NCBI RefSeq assembly: GCF_048593235.1
Contig: NC_133619.1
Coordinates: 9,996,454-10,060,453, forward strand
DNA: 64,000 nucleotides
Origin: Sminthopsis crassicaudata
Taxonomy: Eukaryota
Reading direction: 5' to 3'
Shown here: piece after piece, positions 35,011 to 44,585 of the stretch
How positions within the stretch are numbered: position 1 is the first letter of the stretch
Layout: each line of letters begins with the position of its first letter
Program-made: the position numbers and the translations under genes
The notes under the pieces: model-generated
Told to the model about the DNA's origin: nothing
The model's database searches: none
The model's input: the letters and a program-made list of their open reading frames with translations, nothing else

Positions 35011-35016
35011 TTTATT
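35011..35016 (-). terminator. NCBP2AS2: Candidate NCBP2AS2 polyadenylation signal
   Basis: TTTATT on plus (AATAAA on minus), about 675 nt downstream of the stop. Confidence 0.5.
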
Positions 35017-35689
35017 TGATCGCGGCCTCCAGCCACAATTACTGATTTCTCCCAATCCCAACCGAGTGTCTCGGAACCCATGGAAGTCCCGGCAGGAAAA
35101 CAGCAAACCACATTTACCTGAGCCCAGCCCAGCCCAGCTCGGCCCGGCCTGGCCAGGCCCCTCCCCGGGTCCTAAGCAGGAGGGGGCCAATGAGGCACTT
35201 GTACATCCACCCCCGCCACGATCCCAGCCCCACGGGGCTGCCGGACGCTCTCCCTTCCCGCTCAGGAGGTCCTCGAGGTTCAGAGGCGAAAGGTCGTGCG
35301 CTCGCGGCCTCCTGCCCCAAACCCCACGGGTCACGATCACCAGTGGGAGCTTTTAAAGGGCCCAGCGTCCGGCGGCTCTTCTCCAGGTGAAAGGTGATGA
35401 TGGCAGGGGAAGGGTCGAGAAGCCCCGGAAGCCCATAAAGGGGAGCTAGCATAGCGTCCGTCCCTCCTCCTCTGTCCAGGGCGGCTGAAGGTCACAGGAA
35501 TCCAGCAGAGGCCCAAGTCCAAGACCAGCCGGATTCGGGGAGCAGCGGGGCAAGTGACGTGAGGGGAGAGCCCCAGTTCTCGGCGGGGTAGGGGGCAGAT
35601 GGCACGGGGGGGGGGAGGGGAGTCCCCTTCCTCTGCTGGCGGGAAGGGGCCGCGGTTGCCGGTACGGGAGGGCTCCCTCTTGTCGCGCC

Positions 35690-36188
<499 letters not shown>

Positions 36189-36266
36189 ATGTCGGGTGGG
36201 CTCCTGAGCGCGCTGGACAGTGACTCCTACGTGCAGCTGGGCCAGTACCGCGACCAGCACTTCCGG
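36189..36266 (+). CDS. NCBP2: Nuclear cap-binding protein subunit 2 (CBP20) exon 1 (MSGGLLSALDSDSYVQLGQYRDQHFR)
   Basis: Matches the CBP20 N-terminus including cap-stacking Tyr20; CGG|GTAGGC donor. Confidence 0.96.
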
Positions 36267-36880
36267 GTAGGCCGGGGGCGGGGGGCGGAGGGGGATGGCT
36301 GGGCGCGATCCCGCCCTCTCGCCGAGCGTCTCGCCCAGGCCCTCTCGTGGGGAAACTGAGGCAGCGGGCCCTCTCGGCCGCGGGCGGGATCGGCACTCAG
36401 GTCCCTCCTTCCCCCACCCCCTGCTCTCCCACCGGCCCCCGGAGGCGGCTCCCTCGGAATAAAAGCCAGCTTTTAGATGGGGGGAGGGCCTGAAAGTGGC
36501 CCAGCGTGGAGGGATCCGAGGACATGAGTGTCAAGCACTTGGGGTGACCGGGAGAGCGGGCCAGACCTGGGGCACGACCTCTGCTAAGCCCACAATTGGG
36601 AGAGCGAGGCTCGTGGAGCGGGCACACAGTGTGCTGTCACTCCCTGCCCCCCTCCCCCGTTCCAGCTGGACACCGGCTACTGAGGCCCTGGATTCGAGTC
36701 CTGACTCGTGGACACTTCACTTTGGGTTTTCAGATCACACCCGTACCTGGGGGTCCCTCGGGGCCCTGACCTCCACTTCATCTGGTGATCCCCCCAAACC
36801 TCCCGGGATTCAATGCACATCTCTGACTGTTGATTCTCAGACCTACCCATCCTTCTCCAGCTTCTGCTGGCCTCCAGTGC

Positions 36881-37770
36881 ATTTCACTTTTGAAACATCT
36901 TTTTTTTTTTTTTTTTTTTTAACCTTTGAAATCTCTCTCCTTAATTTTATCTCTGCAACATCTATCAGTTTCACCTCTGAAATCTCTCCTTGATTTCACC
37001 TTTGAAACATCTCTTTTCATTTTATCTGAGATATCCTTAATTTCATCTCTGCAACATCTCTCCAATATCTGTTGATTTCACCTCTGAAACATAGTTGACT
37101 TTACCCCTGAAATATCTCTGCTTAATTTCATCTCTTTAACATGTCAATTTCACCTCTGCAACATCTGTCAGTTTCACCTCTGAAACATCTGTTGCTTTTA
37201 TCTCTGAGATGTCTCTCCTTAATTTCATCTCTGCAACATCTCTCCAATATGTTGATTTCACCTCTGAAACATAGTTGACTTTACCCCTGAAATATCTCTC
37301 CTTAATTTCATCTTTTTAACATCTGTCAATTTCACCTCTGCAACATTTGTCAGTTTCACCTCTGAAATCTCTCTCCTTGATTTCACCTCTGAAACATCGG
37401 TTGCTTTTATCTCTGAGATGTCTCTCCTTAATTTCATCTCTGCAACATCTCTCCAATATGTTGATTTCACCTCTGAAACATAGTTGACTTTACCCTTGAA
37501 ATATCTCTCCTTAATTTCATCTTTTTAACATCTGTCAATTTCACCTCTGCAACATCTGTCATTTTCACCTCTGAACTCTCTCTCCTTGATTTCACCTCTG
37601 AAACATCTGTTTTGATTTACCTCTGAGATATCTCCCCCTAATTTCATCTCTCCAACATTGATTTCACTCTGAAATATCTCGATATTGCCTCTGAGATATC
37701 TCTCCCTAATTTCATCTCTCATCTTTCAGTTTCACCTCCGAAACATCTGTCAACTTCACCTCAGCAACAA
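36881..37770. repeat. Complex minisatellite: about 20-22-bp monomers (TTTCAYCTCTGMAACATCT) in 180-209-bp higher-order units
   Basis: The landmark cctctgaaacatagttgactttacc recurs at 37081, 37261 and 37470. Confidence 0.92.
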
Positions 37771-37779
37771 ACATCTGAC

Positions 37780-38365
37780 CATCCCCCTCCTCTTCTCAGA
37801 CCCTGTCAGCACTCTGGACTATTGCAGTAACTGGGGATGGATCAGCTTGTTTCGAGTCTCCCCACTCCAGTCCATCCTCCAATTCAGTCACCAAAGTGAT
37901 TTCATGAAATACCAGTGATCATGTTACCATAAATTTCAGGGTTTTTTTGTCGCTTCCAGAAGTAAATGTGAAAAGTTCTGTTTGGTATTCAAAGCCCTTC
38001 ATTACCTGGTCCCCTCTTACCTTTCCAGTTTCCTTAAACTTCACTCCCTGGCACTCTTTGACCCAGTGACCCTGGCCTCTTGGCAGTCCACAAATAAGAA
38101 CCTCCCTCTCTCTACTGTGGGAATTCTCTCTGGCCATCCCTCATGCATTCTAACTTCCTTCAGGTCTCACCTCTTTTAATGTCCATTCCTTCCTTCTGTT
38201 GATTACCCCTATCTCATATCTCATATACATCTTTATTTTACAGTTGTTTGCGTGCTGCTCCCTATTAGATTGTGTGCTCCTTGAAAGCAGGATCTGTTTG
38301 CAGCATCTGTCTGTGTCCCCAAGGCCACACATGTGGTGCTTGCTAAGTAAATTCTTGCTGATTTG
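37780..38365 (+). mobile_element. LINE-2 3' fragment
   Basis: ctccagtccatcctcc..caccaaagtgattt, tattcaaagcccttcat, tagattgtgtgctccttgaaagcagg are L2 hallmarks. Confidence 0.75.
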
Positions 38366-38475
38366 ACACATTTCTCAGCTTTAATGCTGCTGTGTGTGAA
38401 GAGGGTCCTAGGCCAGAATGCTCTGGTGCCTCAGGCCACACTTGTGATGTTGCCATGATTTCTTTCAAATTCCAG

Positions 38476-38657
38476 GGTGACAAGAAGGATCAAGAGAAAT
38501 TATTGAAGAAAAGCTGCACCTTGTATGTTGGGAACCTGTCCTTTTATACCACTGAGGAACAGATTTATGAGCTCTTCGGAAAAAGCGGTGACATCAAGAA
38601 AATCATTATGGGCCTGGATAAAGTAAAGAAAACAGCATGTGGGTTCTGCTTTGTGGA
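38476..38657 (+). CDS. NCBP2: CBP20 exon 2 ([61 protein letters not shown])
   Basis: RRM RNP2/RNP1 motifs and Tyr43; ttccAG acceptor; ends GA|GTATCCTT (U12 donor); 182 bp. Confidence 0.97.
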
Positions 38658-38721
38658 GTATCCTTAGTGGGCCCTTGAGGCCTTGGATGCTGGATGGAGG
38701 CAGTGAGCCACCAGCCTTCGC

Positions 38722-38723
<2 letters not shown>

Positions 38724-38757
<34 letters not shown>
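38724..38757. repeat. (GT)17 microsatellite
   Basis: Read directly. Confidence 0.97.
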
Positions 38758-38759
<2 letters not shown>

Positions 38760-39221
38760 CTTTCTCTGAGTAACTGCAGAAGCTCACACAGGTGTCACAG
38801 GTAGTTTTCAATGTGTTTAGCTTCTGTACTATTTGGCTGACTGGGGTGCTCAAGAAGCAGCTTAGTGTTGCTCACTCTGCAAGGATGGAACTGCGACTAA
38901 TGCTGAACTTGGTAGCAGGAAGTTTTGGTTCCAGTTTTTCCAAAGGCAAGTCACTTAATCTCTCCCCCACATTCCTCATCATCATAAATAGGAGTTAGAC
39001 TTGTTAGCCAGGCTTAGCTGTTGAGCATTGGGGAGCAATTGTGAGCGTAGAAGGTGGAGCGACATGTTGAGATTGTTGCTAGAAAAAGATTCTGGCCAAG
39101 GCCTGTCAGGCCAGGCTGCTGCCAGTGAAGAACCGGCTTGTGGAGAATGCTTGAGGACAGCAAGACACAAAGCTGAAGCCCAGCCCAAGAGGAAGTCTTC
39201 CTCTGGCTGAAATTTGGTGTC

Positions 39222-39362
39222 NNNNNNNNNNNNNNNNNNNNNNNNNNNNNNNNNNNNNNNNNNNNNNNNNNNNNNNNNNNNNNNNNNNNNNNNNNNNNNN
39301 NNNNNNNNNNNNNNNNNNNNNNNNNNNNNNNNNNNNNNNNNNNNNNNNNNNNNNNNNNNNNN
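39222..39362. other. Assembly gap (141 N)
   Basis: N run. Confidence 1.
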
Positions 39363-40270
39363 CATGTTGGGAGAGAAAAATCAGAACAAAAGCAAAAGGG
39401 AAAAACCTTGGAAGAAAAAAAAAAAAAAGTGAACAGAGCATGTGTTGATTTACATTCAGTCTCCTTAGTTCTTTTTCTAGATGCAGATGGCATTTTCTGT
39501 CCAAAATTTACTGGGATTGCTTTGGATCGCTGAACCACTAAGAACCAAGCCTTTCATTGTTTTTCATCGAACATTCTTGCTGTTTTATGTACACTGTATT
39601 CCTGGTTCTGCTTGTTTTGCTGAGCATCAGTTCGTGTAAATCTTTCCAGATCTTTCTAAAACCAGCCCACTCATCATTTTTATATAAAACAATATCCCAT
39701 TACATTCATGTACCACAGCTAACAGCCATTCCCCAACTGATGGGCATCCACTCCTTTTCCAGTTCTTTACTACCACAAAAAGAGCTGCTATAAACATTTT
39801 TGTACACGTGGGTCCTTTTCCCTCCTTTATGATTTCCTTGGGATATAGAGCAGTAGAGACACTGCTGGATAAAAGGGTATGCACTGTTTTATAGCCCTTT
39901 GGCCATAGTTCCAGATTGCTATCCAGAATGGGTGGGTCATCTCACAACTCCACCCACAATGCATCAATGTTCCAGTTTTCCCACATCCCCTCCAACATTC
40001 ATTATCTTTTCCTGTCATCTTAGCCAGTCTGAGAGGTGTGAGGTGGTACCTCAGAGTTGTTTTAATTTGCATTTCTCTAATCAATAGTGATTTAAAGCAT
40101 TTTTTCATATGATCATATAATCAATGTGATTAATTTCTTCATCTGAAAATTGTTCATATCCTTTAACCACTTATCAATTTGGGAATGACTTGTATTCTTA
40201 TACATTTGATCCAGTTCTGTGTATATTTTAGAAATGAGACCTTTATCAGAAACACTGGCTATAAATCTGT
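39363..40270 (-). mobile_element. LINE-1 3' portion (ORF2 C-terminus and 3' UTR), degraded
   Basis: ORF 39827-40108 reads [26 protein letters not shown]...[14 protein letters not shown], the L1 ORF2 Cys-rich C-terminus. Confidence 0.93.
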
Positions 40271-40633
40271 CCTTAATTTTAGGATGTTTGATATCATTAG
40301 TTCCTTTGGTACTTTCCACCTCAATTTTCCTAAACTGTAAAGTGGGGATTATAAGAACACCTGCTTCATGGAGTTGTGAGGATCAGATGAGATCCAGGGC
40401 CTGGCACATAGCAGGTGCTGAAAATGCAAAAAATTCTCGGGTCTTTGGGTGAATGCATTTAGGCTTAAAAAGTTCTTTCATCTGATTCTTGTCTTAATTC
40501 ACTTGGGATGAGTCACTTTTAAGCTCAGATTTTATGTGTTCAGCTACATTTGAAAAAGTCATTGCTTTGGACATCTTTATTGACATATGTTTGCAGAAGT
40601 ACAGTCTTCTCTTCCTTAATACTTAACACCAAG

Positions 40634-40772
40634 ATATTACTCCAGAGCAGATGCTGAAAATGCCATGCGCTATATTAATGGGACCCGTCTGGACGATCGC
40701 ATTATCCGAACTGATTGGGATGCCGGCTTCAAAGAGGGCCGCCAGTATGGACGAGGACGATCTGGGGGCCAG
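40634..40772 (+). CDS. NCBP2: CBP20 exon 3 ([46 protein letters not shown])
   Basis: Identical to recalled human sequence; CAG|GTAAGG donor; 139 bp. Confidence 0.98.
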
Positions 40773-40938
40773 GTAAGGTCCCTGAAGTCAGACCTCTCTG
40801 AGGTTTTCCCATACGATTTTAGCCGTATTTCCCTTCTGAGAATAAATATGACTTCTCGAGTTTGGATTATCGGTGAGTTTTTGTGGCATCTCATTCTCCA
40901 TGGGACTGTGACAATGTCTTCTGCCTTTTCTTTTCGAG

Positions 40939-41013
40939 GTACGAGATGAGTATCGAAAAGACTATGATGCTGGCAGAGGAGGCTATGGGAAAATGTGCAA
41001 AATCAATGAGTGA
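40939..41013 (+). CDS. NCBP2: CBP20 exon 4 ([24 protein letters not shown]); total 157 aa as assembled
   Basis: [18 protein letters not shown]; the acceptor is ttttcGAG; the last residues appear frameshifted (see findings). Confidence 0.93.
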   Translation, partial: VRDEYRKDYDAGRGGYGKMCKINE

Positions 41014-42614
41014 CGGAAGCCCTTCATATACAGACAGAGGACGTTGGCTGGTTGACGGATCCCTCTGAAGAGCAATGCTCGAGTCTCAAAAATAGCTGAC
41101 GTAGAAGAGGCTGTCTTTGGTTTCTTTCTCTCCACACAGGAATTAAGCCCCAAACCTCCACTTGGCTTTTTCACTCTGAAAATCATTAAATTTCCGAAAC
41201 TAAGCAAGTGACTGGTCCTGGTGTTGGAACCTTGAGGTCTGGTCGCTTGTCCTAAGGAACAGTTAGTAACTGAGTAGACTGTTCATAGATACTAACCCGA
41301 TATAGCACAGAATTGGAAAAGTTTTTATATGGCGATTACTTAGTGTTCACAACTTGGGAGTGGGCATTTAGGGAAAAGATCCTCATGAAATTGATAAGAA
41401 AAGGGCTTAATGATCTGTGCTCTCTGGCAATAGTCTATAAACAAGGAGATTTATTTCTAAATCTTTTGAAGATATTCCTTTTTCCCAAGGTGACTTTTAA
41501 CTCATAAAGATACACAGGTTATTAAGGAATTCTTAAAACAGTTCTGTCTTAACTCGAATGATCCGACAGTCCCAGAGAGAGGGCTCTGCTCTCGTGCTCA
41601 GAAGGGATGATCTAGAAAGAAATATATATTTACGATATTAAGCACATCCTTCAGCTTCTACTGGGAAGCTGGTCCAAAGGATGTGAGCCTAAGAGCGGAA
41701 AGAAACAGGATCTCCTATGGGAAATTCAATGAATTCTAAAGGGGTTCATTTTAACTTTGAAATTGGAACAAGTTGATGTTAGGCCTGTTGTACTTATTTA
41801 TTTTTTTTTACTCAAGTGGGAAGGGTTGAAAGGAGAGCCTGAAAATCAAGGAAACAAAACCTTTATAATCTGAGAGGTCAGATAAGTTTCACCTAGAACA
41901 GATTTCCTGGTCAGTGAATTGAGTCCACAATTAAAGGATGCGGTCAATCTCTCAGCATTTGCACTGCTGGTAAAAGAACTGAATTCTTGTTGAATTGTGC
42001 ATCTGAGATGATGACTTGGCAGGGCCAGAGCAATTTATCTTGACAAAATTTCCCCGCAAAGTCTATTGGCTTTCTTGGGGAGTACAATTGGGAGCTAATA
42101 GCAGAAAACCCACTGTGATTCAATTAAAGAATTTTTATCCAAGGGCAAAAATCAAGAAGGACTCAAGTCAGCCAGTACCTTGCCATCTTTTCAGTGACCT
42201 GTGGCTTAAGAGGACTGGGGAGGAAAGTTCTCACAGGGAAACATGTCGCACTTTTGCATGTTAAAACTATGACCAGGTAATTAGGTTGTAGAGTTTACAC
42301 GAATTGTCTCATTTCGAGTGACCCTAATTTGTATTTTGTGATCTCGGTCAAATCGTATTCACTTCTTAATTTTGGGTTTGCTGATAGCGAGGAACAGTCA
42401 CTTTGTGGGCTGGGGAAGAGGCTAATTTTTTCACACCCATGGAGACCTTGGCTTTTATTTTTTCCCCTGGAGTTTTCTTTACAGGATAGTTTTAGTTGTG
42501 TGTTTTACTTTCATTCTGTGATAAATAGAAAGGTTGAATTTCAGTTAGTCCTTAAGAAGAATTTTAGAAGGGACCATGCTTTTCCTCCTGAGTTACCCGG
42601 CCAGATCCCCTTCC

Positions 42615-42620
42615 AATAAA
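42615..42620 (+). terminator. NCBP2: Candidate NCBP2 polyadenylation signal
   Basis: AATAAA followed by a GU-rich downstream element (ttttgctgtgtgtgtgtg), about 1.6 kb after the stop. Confidence 0.6.
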
Positions 42621-44109
42621 GCTGTAACTATCCCTCCATCTTTTGCTGTGTGTGTGTGCTGCTGTTCATCTACTTTAAAAACAGGTGGGAAGGAAGTGGT
42701 AACAGTGGAATGAGGAAGGCAATGTTCTGTACCCAGTCTCCAAGGTGTTTGGCTTTGCTGAAAAACTCCCTGAACCTTAGGGACAGTCCTCCTGTGGGCG
42801 GATGACTTGGACCACAGCCTGGGAGAGTGGAGCCATTGTACTGAAGGTGCAGACAGTGGAGGGGGAAAGAAGCTTCTATCTTAAAAGATGGAAACCTCAA
42901 AAGGGCCTAGTACTTATTTTAGGAACAAGAGTCTGAAGAAAAGTGGGTTGGTCTAGATAAATAGTGCCAGAGAATGTTTCTCCTAGGATTCTGGTCGTAG
43001 AAGGCAGCAGTGATGAGATACGAAAGTCATGGAGGTGGAGAGCTGTCAAAAAGATTCATAGGCCCGGGCCAAATCTGAGTCTGGAGCAAATTACAAGGCC
43101 CTAAGGATTTAAGTTCCCTAGTGGGACTGGCCATTGACAGGGGAAGAGACTGACCTTTTATAGGAAAGGCCTCCAAGCAAGGGATGCTAGCTTCTGGTCA
43201 GTCAGTTCACACAGAACCTGACTTGGCCTCCTAACTGTAAACTATAACCGGGCCTCGGGTCAACATAGGTTATACACGACAGTCCAGAGGCCCACGGAGG
43301 ACAAAGCAGTCCTGTCACTGTCCCTCCCCGGGACTCACCTGGACACTGGGTGGCTAGGAGGGACATGGCCTTTTGCTGGGGTCTGTTTACTCCATCCTTA
43401 GGAAAAAGAGGCCTGCCTCAGGAGCTCCAGAAAAAGGCTGGCTGGAGTGCCAGAAGAGGAAGGCCTTGGATCTTGCATAGCCTAAGCGCCACATTCCCAA
43501 GCCCACTCATCTGCAGGATTTGGAGCTGGGTGACTCAGCTGCAAGATGGGGGCTTGGGAAAGGCTGTTTGCATGAAATGAGGCCATTTCCCCTAGAAGCC
43601 TTGCTAGAAATAGGGAAATTGTTCTGCAGCTGTTGGGGAGACAACAAGAACACCCAACAGTCGGCCTATGGGACACGTGGAGCTCCTGATGACCAACTTG
43701 TCTGCAAATGGTAAAACTTCTGAATGCTGAGAGCCCCGAGTCCATCACTGGCTTCTCTCCCTCCTGATAAAGGGATGAACGCCATGTCTGGGTGCTCCAG
43801 GGCTTGCTAAGCAGAGGCTTTGAAGCTGGGTTCATGACGGTGCCCAAGAGCAGCTGCGAAAGCCCCAGCTTGGTGGCTGGGAGGAGGGCTGGCTGCCTCA
43901 CGTTCCCCTTTCCTCATGGTGCCTGGCTCTCCTTAAAACACTCTGGATTTCTCTTTTGTCCCCAGTCCTCTGCAAGGACCTATCCCTTTCCCTCCTAGAA
44001 CCTGATTGTAGCACATAGTATTTTCTGAATTGATGTTCCCCCAAAATCATGAAACAAAGTTAGTTTCACAGGTGAGGAAACAGAGCAGCAGCTCCTAAAG
44101 GTGAATGGC

Positions 44110-44295
44110 CCCCCGGTCACAACGTGGCCCCGAGCGGCACAAGCCGATCCCCCGGTCACGACGTGGCCCCGAGCGGCACAAGCCGATCCCCCGGTCACGA
44201 CGTGGCCCCGAGCGGCACAAGCCGATCCCCCGGTCACGACGTGGCCCCGAGTGGCACAAGCCGATCCCCTGGTCACGACGTGGCCCCAAGTGGCA
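44110..44295. repeat. 39-bp CpG-rich VNTR, about 4.8 copies (cccccggtcacgacgtggccccgagcggcacaagccgat)
   Basis: Units start at 44110, 44149, 44188, 44227 and 44266. Confidence 0.98.
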
Positions 44296-44579
44296 GTCTT
44301 GTCTTCCAGCCTCCTAAGGTAGGACTGATGTTTAACATGTCCAGGGAGGTTTCTGGGGGCTTGTGCCATTTCAGCTAGTTTCTGCCCAAGCAGGTTTTCT
44401 GAAGTCCTGTAAGATGCCAGAATTATCCGGCAGGAGTTCATATTGCTAAAACTGCCGGGGTTTACTTAGGTGTGGATACTGTTCAGGAGAGACCCTTTTA
44501 TTCAAGTGCCATGGAAAAGTTCTCCCTGCACAATCAGTGCTAGTCAACACAAAAAGACAGAGATTTATAAAGTCATTAG

Positions 44580-44585
44580 TTTATT
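44580..44585 (-). terminator. SENP5: Candidate SENP5 polyadenylation signal (a second lies at 44497-44502)
   Basis: TTTATT on plus, about 2.9 kb downstream of the SENP5 stop. Confidence 0.45.

Larger units (their letters stand above)
38658..40633 (+). other. NCBP2: U12-type (minor spliceosome) GT-AG intron 2 of NCBP2
   Basis: 5'ss GTATCCTT; branch motif TTCCTTAAT at 40612-20, 13 nt before the AG; no polypyrimidine tract. Confidence 0.9.

Noticed and set aside
44110-44295. CRISPR-like or repeat-protein interpretation of the 39-bp array (and of the 20-bp array at 12801)
   Set aside because: Contiguous tandem units with no unique spacers, in a eukaryotic context with no cas genes. The repeat ORFs arise only because 39 is a multiple of 3.
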